Origin: Terriglobia bacterium
GTDB taxonomy: Bacteria; Acidobacteriota; Terriglobia; 2-12-FULL-54-10
Direction: 5' to 3'
NCBI GenBank assembly: GCA_963666975.2
Contig: CAXVYR010000003.1
Span: 672,001-736,000, forward strand
DNA length: 64,000 bases
Positions 55,412-64,000 of the stretch are shown here, piece by piece. The notes beneath the pieces were generated by a model that was not told where the DNA came from, did not search any database, and was given only the letters and a program-made list of their open reading frames with translations. Both the position numbers and the translations under genes were made by a program. The stretch's first letter is position 1. Every line of letters begins with the position of its first letter.

Positions 55412-56621
55412 CCCGGAAAAAGTTTCGCAGGCGCTCTCCGGTGTCCGGGTCCTGGCGCTGGAGACCGCCGTTTCAGGACCCTTCTGCAGCCGGATTCTCG
55501 CCGACATGGGGGCGGAAGTCATCAAGGTGGAGAGGCCGGGAACCGGCGATGTGGTTCGTCAATGGGACTCGGCCGTGCGGGGACTTTCTTCCGGGTTTGT
55601 CTGGGCCAACCGGAACAAACGCAGCTTTGCCGTAGACGCGAAGAAGAAGGCCGGCCAGGAGATTCTTCTCCGGTTGGCAGGCCAAGTGGACGTCTTTCTG
55701 GAAAACTTTGCGCCGGGCGTTGCGGGGCGGCTCGGCTTCGGAGCGGACGAGTTGCGCCGCCGCAATCCCCGGCTCATCTACTGCTCCCTCTCCGGCTACG
55801 GGCAAGACGGCCCCTACCGGGACGTGAAGGCCTACGACCTGCTGATCCAGGGCGAAGCAGGAATTCTTGCCACTACGGGCTATCCGGAAAAACCGGCCAA
55901 GGTGGGAATCCCCATCGCGGACATTGCCGCCTCCATGTACGCCGCGCTGGGCACGCTTCTCGCTCTCTACCAAAGAGAGCGCACCGGCCAGGGCCAGATA
56001 ATCGACATCTCCATGTTCGAGTCGGTTCTATCCTGGCTGGCCTATTTCCCTCATCATTACTGGCACCAAGGAGAGGAACCCGCCCGTGTAGGAATGCGGC
56101 ACCACTATGTGACTCCTTACGGTCCTTATCTCGCGGGCGACGGTGTGTACGTGAATTTTGCGGTCGCATCGGCTCAAGATTGGGAAGTTTTCTGCCGAGA
56201 AGTGATTCAGCGTCCCGACCTTCTGGAAGACCGGCGATTTCAAACGGTGGAAGCGCGTCTTGGAAATCGCGGAGTTCTGGAAGAGACGGTCGAGAAAATT
56301 TTTCTGGAGCAGCCGCACGAGGAATGGCTGCGACGGCTCAAAGAAAGCCGCTTGCCGCACGGAGAAGTCCGGGGGATCGCGCAGGTTCTGGCTCACCCCC
56401 AGGTCATCGCCCGCCGCATGGTCCGGGAAATGGAATCGCCTGTGGGTCCGATTCCCGTCATCGGCAGCCCGTTGCAGCTTTCTGGCAGTCCGGCACGTTT
56501 TGACGTGATTCCAAAACTGGGAGAGGACACGGAAGCCATCCTGAAAGAACTTGGTTACGACGAACAGGAAATTGAAAAACTTCGGCAAGACCAGGTCATC
56601 TACGGGCCATCTAGTGGATAA
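55398..56621 (+). CDS. CaiB/BaiF family III CoA-transferase
   Basis: LADMGAEVIKVE, NRNKRS, SGYGQDGP, AYDLLIQ. Confidence 0.95.
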   Translation: MPRHNPEKVSQALSGVRVLALETAVSGPFCSRILADMGAEVIKVERPGTGDVVRQWDSAVRGLSSGFVWANRNKRSFAVDAKKKAGQEILLRLAGQVDVFLENFAPGVAGRLGFGADELRRRNPRLIYCSLSGYGQDGPYRDVKAYDLLIQGEAGILATTGYPEKPAKVGIPIADIAASMYAALGTLLALYQRERTGQGQIIDISMFESVLSWLAYFPHHYWHQGEEPARVGMRHHYVTPYGPYLAGDGVYVNFAVASAQDWEVFCREVIQRPDLLEDRRFQTVEARLGNRGVLEETVEKIFLEQPHEEWLRRLKESRLPHGEVRGIAQVLAHPQVIARRMVREMESPVGPIPVIGSPLQLSGSPARFDVIPKLGEDTEAILKELGYDEQEIEKLRQDQVIYGPSSG

Positions 56622-56671
56622 GCCTTTTCGCTTTCGGCCCTATACAGGGTAGTTTAGAATTAAAAGCTCCG

Positions 56672-57418
56672 ATGCGATACTTGATTCTCAGCGACCTGCA
56701 TGCCAACCTCGAAGCGCTCCAAGCCGTCCTGGCAATCACCCAGGGAGAATACGAGCAAGTGGTCTGTTGCGGGGACTTGGTTGGGTACGGTCCCGATCCG
56801 GACCCGATCGTCGATTGGGTGCGGGAGCACGTGACCGACGTGATCCGCGGCAACCATGACAAAGCTTGCTGCGGCGTCAGCGACGCCGAGGATTTTAACG
56901 ACGTAGCCCGGCTGGCTGCCTTCTGGACTCGTGCTCGCCTCAAACCGGAAAATCTGCAATATCTACGGAATCTGCCACAGGGCCCCGCAGCGGTGGCGAA
57001 CCAGTTTGCGATCCTCCACGGTAGTCCCCAAGATGAGGATGAATACATCACCACTTGTGCCGGGGCATCGGAATCGATCCGTTTGCTTCGCCATCAGGTG
57101 TCTTTTTTCGGCCATACTCACCTCCAAGGTGGATTTCTGCAGAACCCCGGCAAGGCCGTAGAAGTGCTCCCACCGACGTTTTCCCCGGACTCGGACAGGA
57201 AATCCTTGGAGGTCCAGCCGTACGAAACCTACTTCCTCAATCCCGGCTCCGTCGGCCAGCCCCGGGACGGAGACAACCGTGCTGCCTTTGTCATCTATGA
57301 CACAGAAGGGATCGTCGAATATAGACGAGCCCCTTATGACTTCACAGCCACCATGGCCAAAATGCGGCAGGCAGGCCTCCCTGAGTTTTTGGCCTACCGG
57401 CTGAGCATCGGCAGATAA
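56672..57418 (+). CDS. Calcineurin-like metallophosphoesterase
   Basis: SDLH, GDLVGYG, GNHD, GHTH, NPGSVGQPRDGD. Confidence 0.95.
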   Translation: MRYLILSDLHANLEALQAVLAITQGEYEQVVCCGDLVGYGPDPDPIVDWVREHVTDVIRGNHDKACCGVSDAEDFNDVARLAAFWTRARLKPENLQYLRNLPQGPAAVANQFAILHGSPQDEDEYITTCAGASESIRLLRHQVSFFGHTHLQGGFLQNPGKAVEVLPPTFSPDSDRKSLEVQPYETYFLNPGSVGQPRDGDNRAAFVIYDTEGIVEYRRAPYDFTATMAKMRQAGLPEFLAYRLSIGR

Positions 57419-57543
57419 CTAAAGCCTCTTTCTCTGTGGAACCTGCCCCGTCCCTGCCCTGCGTCGCTGACTGTAACAATCGAATCCTTAATTCCTCGCC
57501 CTTCCTATCGAATTGGATTCCGCGAATAATTTTCCTCTACCTG

Positions 57544-57572
57544 TTGACATTTTTTCCCGCAAACCTTATATT
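57544..57572 (+). promoter_or_regulatory. Sigma70 promoter of the porin operon
   Basis: TTGACA-17 bp-TATATT, followed by the palindrome GTTAA-CCTGCA-TTAAC at 57582-57597. Confidence 0.7.
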
Positions 57573-57758
57573 AGCAACTTTGTTAACCTGCATTAACATT
57601 TATATTCAGGCTAACTAAGCAATCTGTGCTCATTATGGTTTGGGAGATCAACTCCACAGGGCTAGGGAAGCATTCAGCAGTCCAGGTGCTGCAAAGTAAT
57701 TTTTTGCCGACGCGCGGAATCCGCAGGAGAAATTAACCTTGCAGTTCTCCAATATTTT

Positions 57759-59255
57759 TTGATGCAGGCGGTACCCATGCTCCAGAGAAGAAACATTTAC
57801 AACAGGGTCACATCGCTTCCCAGGTCCACTGGGACTCGCGGGGCAAGTTGCCTCATCCATTCCGGCCTCTGGCTGCTATTTACATTTATGGGCGGCATTG
57901 GGCTGCACGCACAAAGCGCCACTGCCGGACTTCCCGAGCGCGTCCAGAAGTTGGAGCGGCAAGTGACCGATTTCAACCGCCGGTTGGGAATCACACCGGC
58001 GGAGAGCCAGCAAGCGGGTGGCGTCGCCCTCGAAACACGGGTCGCCTTGCTCGAAGCACAACTGGCACAACTGCTCGCGGAGTTTCCCGGCAATGCGGAA
58101 GGCGCTGCGGAATCGGACCTTCCCTCGAACAACGTCTCGAACAACACGTTGCCGTCTCAAAAGCCCGCTGTGCCTTTGCTCCGCAAGCTCACGACCGCCG
58201 AGCGGGAAGGTTCCGAAACGCGGTTGCCGATTGCCGGCTACATGGAGATGAACTTCACCAAACCGGAGGCCCAGACGGGCACGCTGGACTTCCGGCGGTT
58301 TGTATTGCTCTTTGGCCACAGCTTCTCGGACCGGCTGAAATTCTGGTCGGAGCTGGAGATCGAGCACGCCTTCGTCGAAGGGCTGGAAGAAAAGGGCGAG
58401 TTGGAGTTGGAGCAAGCCTACTTGGACTTCCTGGTGCATCCGGCGCTGAACTTCCGCGGTGGAATGCTGCTGACCCCGATGGGCATCCTCAACGAGCGGC
58501 ATGAGCCGCCATCGTTCTACGGCGTGCTTCGCCCGCAAGTGGACACCGTCATCATCCCTTCCACTTGGTTTGACACGGGAATCGGCATCTTCGGGGATTT
58601 AGGGAATGGTCTTTCCTACAAGTTCTATGGCATGGCGCCGCTGGACGCCGCCGGATTCAGCGCTGCGGAGGGTCTGCGGGGCGGCCGCCAAAAGGGTTCG
58701 CGATCTTTGCTGCAAAACTGGGCGCAGGCCCTGCGCCTGGAATATCGAGGCGTCCGGCGGCTGGTGCTGGGATCGAGTTTCTGGAACGGAAAGACCGGCT
58801 TTGACCTGCCCAACGTCAACCCGGTTGTCCGGCTATACGAGTTCGACGGACGCTACCGGTGGAACCCTTTCGAATTTCGCGGGCAATTCGCTTCGTCGTT
58901 TACTACCCAGGCGGGCGAGTTGAACCGCGCCCTGCAACGCCGCACGGGTATCAGCCCGAACGTGGCCAAACAGGCTCGCGGGTTTTATATAGAAGGGGCG
59001 GCGCACCTGCTGCCGCAGCACAGCGAACATGACTTGGTGGGTTTTGTGCGCTACGAAAATTTCGACACTCAGCATCGTATGCCGCGCGGCTTTTTGCCCC
59101 TGAAGCAATTTGACCGCTCGCTCTGGACCTTGGGAGCAACCTATTATCCTCATCCCGACATCGCCTTGAAGGCCGACTATCAAATCCACCGCAATGAAAG
59201 CCAAGTGGTAAAAGCCGCCAACCAGTTCAACCTGGGGCTCGGATGGTGGTTCTGA
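57759..59255 (+). CDS. Outer-membrane beta-barrel porin with N-terminal coiled coil (start uncertain)
   Basis: DFRRFVLLFGH, SELEIEH, LEQAYLDF, NERHEPP; C-terminal LGLGWWF. Confidence 0.85.
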   Translation: MMQAVPMLQRRNIYNRVTSLPRSTGTRGASCLIHSGLWLLFTFMGGIGLHAQSATAGLPERVQKLERQVTDFNRRLGITPAESQQAGGVALETRVALLEAQLAQLLAEFPGNAEGAAESDLPSNNVSNNTLPSQKPAVPLLRKLTTAEREGSETRLPIAGYMEMNFTKPEAQTGTLDFRRFVLLFGHSFSDRLKFWSELEIEHAFVEGLEEKGELELEQAYLDFLVHPALNFRGGMLLTPMGILNERHEPPSFYGVLRPQVDTVIIPSTWFDTGIGIFGDLGNGLSYKFYGMAPLDAAGFSAAEGLRGGRQKGSRSLLQNWAQALRLEYRGVRRLVLGSSFWNGKTGFDLPNVNPVVRLYEFDGRYRWNPFEFRGQFASSFTTQAGELNRALQRRTGISPNVAKQARGFYIEGAAHLLPQHSEHDLVGFVRYENFDTQHRMPRGFLPLKQFDRSLWTLGATYYPHPDIALKADYQIHRNESQVVKAANQFNLGLGWWF

Positions 59256-59263
59256 GGAAAAAC

Positions 59264-59635
59264 ATGAAGCATGCATCCTTACAGATCGTTTTAGCAATCC
59301 TCGCGGCGGCTTTGCTGGCAGCGCCGGTCCAAGAAGCGCAGGCGCCTGCACCCGTCCAGCAAATCTACATCACAGCGGAGCGCTTCAGCTATGCCCCTGC
59401 TCAGATCCGAATCAAAAAGGGCAGCATCGTCGAAATTATCGCCGAAAGTGAAGACACCTCGCATGGCTTCCGCATTCCGGAGGCCGGTATCGAGGGCATT
59501 ATCCCCGCGCGCGGAAAGGGAGAGATGCGGCTGCGCTTTGAGGCAGTTGAGTCCGGCACTTTCATCATCGAGTGCTCCCGCCCTTGCGGCGCGGGCCACA
59601 ACACCATGCGCGGCGTGCTGATCGTGGAAGACTAG
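59264..59635 (+). CDS. Exported CuA-type cupredoxin
   Basis: Signal peptide; DTSHGF...ECSRPCGAGHNTMRG. Confidence 0.88.
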   Translation: MKHASLQIVLAILAAALLAAPVQEAQAPAPVQQIYITAERFSYAPAQIRIKKGSIVEIIAESEDTSHGFRIPEAGIEGIIPARGKGEMRLRFEAVESGTFIIECSRPCGAGHNTMRGVLIVED

Positions 59636-59658
59636 GAGGCATCGTGGGCGGATATATT

Positions 59659-60831
59659 ATGCGGATTCTGGCGGCCTGCTGCGGACTGCTGGCGCTGGCT
59701 CTGTTTTCCACGCCATCGGCAGGGCAGCAACCGCTGTTCTTCGGCGACCCGCTGCCTGGTATCTCGGCACAGGAATTTGAACGTTTCCGGCTGGGACTGG
59801 AAGACTTCCTGGAGGTGGAGAACCCCGGCGAGGGTCTGGGGCCGGTATTCAATGGCCGCTCGTGCGCCGAGTGTCACAGCATCCCGGCCATCGGAGGAGG
59901 AGGCTCCATCACGGAAAGGCGGGCCGGACGCCGCAATCCGGACGGCAGCTTTGACCCTCTGCCAGGAGGCTCCCTCTTCCAGCTCTTTTCCATCCCCCCG
60001 CATAACTGCCAGGAGGTGGTTCCTCCCGAAGCCAACGTGGTGGCGGCCCGCAAAGCAATTCCGCTGTTCGGGGGCGGCTTGGTGGAGACCATCTCCGATG
60101 AGACGCTTTCAGGATTAGCCGACCCGGACGACCGTGATGGGGATGGCGTTTCCGGCCGTGTCCACTGGGTGTTTGACGTGGGCACACAAACCACTCGTGC
60201 CGGCCGTTTTGGATGGAAAGCGCAGCAGGCCACACTGCTCACGTTCGGCGCGGAGGCCTATCTGGAGGAGATGGGAATCACCAACGAGCTGTTTCCCCTG
60301 GAGAACGCCCCCAACGGCGATGCAGAGCGCCTGCGCTTCTGCGACCCGACTCGGGCCCTAGAGGACGTTCCGGAGCTGTCCACGGGCCTGCGCGGAATCG
60401 ACAATTTTGAAGCCTTTCTTCAATTCCTCGGCCCCCCGCCCCGAGGCGAGATCACCGACGTGGCGCGCCGGGGCGAGCAGGTCTTTGCGCGAACCGGCTG
60501 CGACGCCTGTCATGTGCCGGTGCTGTTCACCGGGGCCAGCGTGAACCCGGCCTTCGACCGGCGGCCCGTGCCGCTTTATTCCGATCTTTTGCTGCACGAC
60601 ATCGAAACCGGCGACGGCATCCCGCAAGGCGATGCCCTGGGCGAGGAGATTCGCATGCCCGCCTTATGGGGATTGCGTGTCCGCCGGGGGCTGCTGCACG
60701 ACGGCAGCGCCGCCACAATCACCGACGCCGTCCTTCGGCACGGAAACGAAGCGGCTTTGTCCCGCGAACAGTTCCTGGCGCTTTCAAAGGAGGAAGCAGA
60801 GGCGTTGCTGGCCTTTCTGCGGTCTTTATAG
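59659..60831 (+). CDS. Di-heme oxidoreductase (DHOR-type) c-type cytochrome
   Basis: GLGPVFNGRSCAECH, GRFGWKA, EMGITN, GCDACH, YSDLLLHD, LWGL, LLHDG. Confidence 0.9.
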   Translation: MRILAACCGLLALALFSTPSAGQQPLFFGDPLPGISAQEFERFRLGLEDFLEVENPGEGLGPVFNGRSCAECHSIPAIGGGGSITERRAGRRNPDGSFDPLPGGSLFQLFSIPPHNCQEVVPPEANVVAARKAIPLFGGGLVETISDETLSGLADPDDRDGDGVSGRVHWVFDVGTQTTRAGRFGWKAQQATLLTFGAEAYLEEMGITNELFPLENAPNGDAERLRFCDPTRALEDVPELSTGLRGIDNFEAFLQFLGPPPRGEITDVARRGEQVFARTGCDACHVPVLFTGASVNPAFDRRPVPLYSDLLLHDIETGDGIPQGDALGEEIRMPALWGLRVRRGLLHDGSAATITDAVLRHGNEAALSREQFLALSKEEAEALLAFLRSL

Positions 60832-60974
60832 GAAAAAGCTTTTCCCCCGCCTTTCCGAATCCAAAGCCAACCCGGCGGGCGCGGCTTGCACTTTTTGATG
60901 CAAACCGTATAATCAGTGACGCTGATTGCGGCAACTTCACGGGGTCTCAAAAACGGATGAAGACAAAAGGTTCC

Positions 60975-61742
60975 ATGAAAGGTGTTGTGCTGGCCGGAGG
61001 CCTTGGGTCCAGACTCCATCCGCTCACCAAGATTACAAACAAACACCTGCTGCCGATCTACAACGAGCCGATGATTTACTATCCGATCCGGACCTTGGTC
61101 GAGGCGGGCATCCGCGACATCCAGTTGGTCACCGGAGGACAACACGCGGGAGATTTCCTGCGCCTGCTCGGCAACGGGGAGGCCTTCGGGCTGCGCCAAC
61201 TCAATTATGCTTATCAGGATGGAGAGGGCGGCATTGCCGACGCGCTCCGCCTGGCCGAGCCATTTGCGGATGGTTCCCCCCTCTGTGTGATCCTGGGCGA
61301 TAACATCATCGAAAAAGGCATTTCCGGGATCGTTGCGGCCTTCCGCCAGCAAGAAGGAGGCGCTCATATTGTCTTAAAGGAAGTGCCGGACCCGAACCGA
61401 TTTGGGGTGCCCGCCTTCGAGAATGGCCGGATCGTGCGCGTGGTGGAGAAACCATCCGCCCCGGCCTCCAACTTCGCAGTCATCGGCATTTACTTCTACG
61501 ACAGCACTGTTTTTCAGCGCGTCTCCCGGCTGGTCCCTTCGGGGCGGAATGAACTGGAGATCACCGACCTCAACAACAGTTATCTGGCGGAAGGAAAACT
61601 CTCCCACAGCATACTGGACGGCTGGTGGACTGATGCCGGAACCTTCGAGTCCTTGCGCCTGGCATCCAATCTGGTTGCAGAGACAGCCGGCAAAGCAACC
61701 GCAATTAAAGAAAATCCTGTAGGGTCGAAGCAATCGGCGTAA
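60975..61742 (+). CDS. Sugar-1-phosphate nucleotidyltransferase (RmlA/SpsI short form)
   Basis: LAGGLGSRLHP, NKHLLPIY, LGDN, VEKP, RNELEITD, WTDAGT. Confidence 0.92.
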   Translation: MKGVVLAGGLGSRLHPLTKITNKHLLPIYNEPMIYYPIRTLVEAGIRDIQLVTGGQHAGDFLRLLGNGEAFGLRQLNYAYQDGEGGIADALRLAEPFADGSPLCVILGDNIIEKGISGIVAAFRQQEGGAHIVLKEVPDPNRFGVPAFENGRIVRVVEKPSAPASNFAVIGIYFYDSTVFQRVSRLVPSGRNELEITDLNNSYLAEGKLSHSILDGWWTDAGTFESLRLASNLVAETAGKATAIKENPVGSKQSA

Positions 61743-62032
61743 AACCATCGTGCCTGAAGGACTCACCGAAAGAACTCAGTTGATGCTCGCTTGATTGCTG
61801 CCCGGGCACCAACTGCTTTCCGAAAAATCCCTGCTGCAGCCACTGCGAACGATGTTGCCGCGCGTGCCCGCCGCCGGATCGCGCGCATCACGATCGCCTG
61901 GAGGAGCGTCACCATCCTGACTGGCGTTCACCTGACTGCCTTTTAAGGGCGGCGAACCCGTTTTACTGAGTAATCCATTCGGCGGGGAATAGCGGAATTG
62001 ACATCGATGGCAGGGAATGCTAATTAGCGTCC

Positions 62033-62536
62033 ATGCAGAAAGCTCCGGCAAAGCAAGCACCCCAAAAGAAAAAAACGAAGGGGCAGATCGTACTGGCGGT
62101 AGGGTTGCCGGGATCGGGCAAATCCACTTACTTTGCTCGCCGGGGAATCTGTCCGCTTTCGAGCGACACGCTGCGGTTGTGGCTGCTGGACGACGCCAAC
62201 AACCAGCTCCACCAGCATTGGATTTTTTTGACGCTCCGTTACCTGTTGCGGCTCCGTCTCCTGCTGGGCCGCATGCGGAATTACGTCGATGCCACCAACC
62301 TAACCCGTAAAGAGAGGCGTTTCTACATCCGCATGGGCGAGCGTTACGGCTACGAACTCCGTGCTCTATATTTCGACGTCCCGCTTGCTGTCTGCATGGA
62401 ACGCAACCGGCGGAGGAGCCGACAAGTCCCGAAAGAGGCGATGGTGCGGCTGGCTCAGCGGCTGTGTCCGCCTGCGCTGGATGAGGGATTTGCCAAGGTT
62501 ACAGTTGTGAGATCGGGAAAGGTGCGAAAGTCCTGA
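62033..62536 (+). CDS. P-loop kinase, polynucleotide kinase-like (AAA_33)
   Basis: GLPGSGKST, SSDTLR, VDATN, ERNRRR, DEGF. Confidence 0.85.
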   Translation: MQKAPAKQAPQKKKTKGQIVLAVGLPGSGKSTYFARRGICPLSSDTLRLWLLDDANNQLHQHWIFLTLRYLLRLRLLLGRMRNYVDATNLTRKERRFYIRMGERYGYELRALYFDVPLAVCMERNRRRSRQVPKEAMVRLAQRLCPPALDEGFAKVTVVRSGKVRKS

Positions 62537-62561
62537 CCTCCTCGAAAAGTCGGGGAGAGTT

Positions 62562-63005
62562 TCAATCAAACGGTTTGTGCCGCTTTGGCCCCTCGCGGCC
62601 TTCCATCCGGTCGTAAACATAACGGGCCGAGACGGTACCCAATGCCTGGTTGTACAGAGTCGTCAGTCCGATTGCCGCATTCAGTTCCTCGTCGAAATCA
62701 TGGAGCGCCTTCAACTGCCCGGCCAGGGCCGGGATACTGCGCCCTTCATCCTGCCAGAACTTTTGAAAGCCTCGGTCCAGCAGATGAGCAATCCGGTCTC
62801 CCCGCAGCAGTCCAGGCCGCGCTATAAACCGGAGCTCGCCCGAAGGGCTCCTTTCGAGCATTGCACCGCAGCCATTTTTGCCGATCAACACGCGGTTCTC
62901 GCCGCACTCGGTTACGACGAAGCCGGCATTTTTTAACCGCTCCATCGAGGTATTATAGTCTGGCTTGTTTGCGGCTTCTTTTTTCCGATCCATTTTCCGA
63001 ACCAT
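62562..63005 (-). CDS. Hypothetical protein
   Basis: 147-aa ORF with natural composition; LLDRGFQKF, LYNQALGTVS, YVYDR. Confidence 0.65.
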   Translation of the reverse strand: MVRKMDRKKEAANKPDYNTSMERLKNAGFVVTECGENRVLIGKNGCGAMLERSPSGELRFIARPGLLRGDRIAHLLDRGFQKFWQDEGRSIPALAGQLKALHDFDEELNAAIGLTTLYNQALGTVSARYVYDRMEGREGPKRHKPFD

Positions 63006-63176
63006 GGCAGCGATAAACGGAAGAATTGCTCTTTAACTCAGCGAGAGGACAATCATCTCCTTAGCCTGGAATCATATCACGGGGAGCATGCGACCTGCCG
63101 AACCGCTGACCGTTTCAGTAACGGTTGGAATGAAAGGTGAAGATGCCTCAAGTTGGCTCCACTCAACTCCTGTTCC

Positions 63177-63205
63177 TTGACAGATGGCAGCAGGCGTGTT
63201 ACTTT
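63177..63205 (+). promoter_or_regulatory. Sigma70 promoter of the atp genes
   Basis: TTGACA-17 bp-TACTTT. Confidence 0.55.
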
Positions 63206-63254
63206 CGCGGATTCGCAATTTGCTCTTAATGCGCTGATTAAGCTAGCCTTATGG

Positions 63255-63743
63255 ATGTATTACGGCAGCAGTCTCAAAGATATTTTACTCAACGCGATCC
63301 CCACATTCATTCTGGTTTGGGTTCTTTATTTTTATACGTCGCGAATCTTTTTTCGCCCGCTGCAGAAAACCATGAGTGAGCGGCACGCCTCTACTGCCGG
63401 GCTGCGGCAAGCGGCGGAAGCGAATATAGCCCTGGCAGAACAAAAAACTTCCCAATACCAGGAGGCCTTGCAATCGGCGCGGACGGAGCTTTACCGCCGG
63501 CAAGAACAGGAGCGGCAACAGGCGCTCGACCGGCGTGCGGAAATTCTTCGCCAGTCCCGCCAGCAGGCCGAGGAGATGGTAAAGCGCGCGCAGCAAGAGA
63601 TTCGGGCTGAGGCGGAGCAGGCTAAAAAGCGCCTGGAGACCGAAAGCGACCAGATCGCCTTTTCCATTGCGCAAGCGATCTTGAAATCCGGCCCGGCTGT
63701 TTCTCCCGCAAGCCACGGTAGTGGATCGGAGGTTCCCCGATAA
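63255..63743 (+). CDS. ATP synthase F0 subunit b'-like (start ambiguous, 63251 or 63255)
   Basis: TM helix, FFRPLQKTMSER, long coiled coil. Confidence 0.85.
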   Translation: MYYGSSLKDILLNAIPTFILVWVLYFYTSRIFFRPLQKTMSERHASTAGLRQAAEANIALAEQKTSQYQEALQSARTELYRRQEQERQQALDRRAEILRQSRQQAEEMVKRAQQEIRAEAEQAKKRLETESDQIAFSIAQAILKSGPAVSPASHGSGSEVPR

Positions 63744-64000
63744 ATGAGCCCTGCGGGTAAACATCTTCGCTGGAATGCTCTCGCTTCCATCATCACGATT
63801 GTTGTGCTGATTGGTTTCGGCCTGAGCGGAGGAGCATTTTTCCAGTCTGCACAAAACGAGGCGGCTCCACCGGCAGCAACTTCAGAAGCTGCGACTTCAG
63901 AAGCTGAACCTGCCGAACATGCCGCTGAAGCAGAGCATGGCGACGCGGGCCAGGAAGCGGGAAGCCACTTCTGGGAGGAGCTTTTTCATTGGACCAACTT
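63744..64000 (+). CDS. atpF: ATP synthase F0 subunit b-like (runs off window)
   Basis: Starts immediately after b'; signal-like N-terminus, Ala/Glu/His-rich linker, then ELFHWTN leading into the TM helix. Confidence 0.7.
   Translation, partial: MSPAGKHLRWNALASIITIVVLIGFGLSGGAFFQSAQNEAAPPAATSEAATSEAEPAEHAAEAEHGDAGQEAGSHFWEELFHWTN

Noticed and set aside
54740-55525. Long N-terminal extension of the acyl-CoA dehydrogenase (653 aa)
   Set aside because: It is the antisense frame of the MaoC and CoA-transferase genes.
63153-63250. Track start of b' at 63153
   Set aside because: It lies upstream of and across the predicted promoter at 63177-63205.
1-64000. CRISPR array, rRNA, retron or group II intron
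   Set aside because: No regularly spaced repeat-spacer array, rRNA-like segment or reverse transcriptase motif was seen.

Overview
This window looks like a chromosome segment from a member of the Acidobacteriota (inferred from gene content and protein style, not from a marker gene). Positions 1-18.3 kb are a decayed accessory region. It holds a prophage/satellite remnant (tyrosine integrase, AlpA, lambda-O-like replication gene fused by deletion to a terminase fragment) beside a tRNA-Arg 3'-half att site, broken IS1380 and IS256 elements, a hicA pseudogene, several exported amidohydrolases and an amidase, and PilZ/receiver genes. Positions 18.5-46 kb are mostly core genes: a sulfur-carrier cysteine synthesis operon (cysM-mec-cysO-moeZ), pcrA, archease, ymdB, 6S RNA, zapAB, pheST, rplT-rpmI-infC-thrS, dtd, a radical SAM gene with a LexA-like box, a PEP-CTERM gene, alr, dnaB, rplI-rpsR-rpsF, pth, rplY and prs. 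Positions 46.4-56.6 kb carry two CoA-dependent catabolic clusters. After them come a porin-cupredoxin-diheme operon, an rmlA-like gene and the start of an atp operon. The most striking unexplained signal is a 24-nt frame-preserving unit, CC(C/T)TCG(A/G)(C/T)TTCGCTC(A/G)GGACA(A/G)GC. It sits in-frame inside hicA and is also nested inside itself within a REP-carrying MITE, and an empty copy of that MITE site lies elsewhere in the window. All calls come from reading the sequence by eye; no searches were run.
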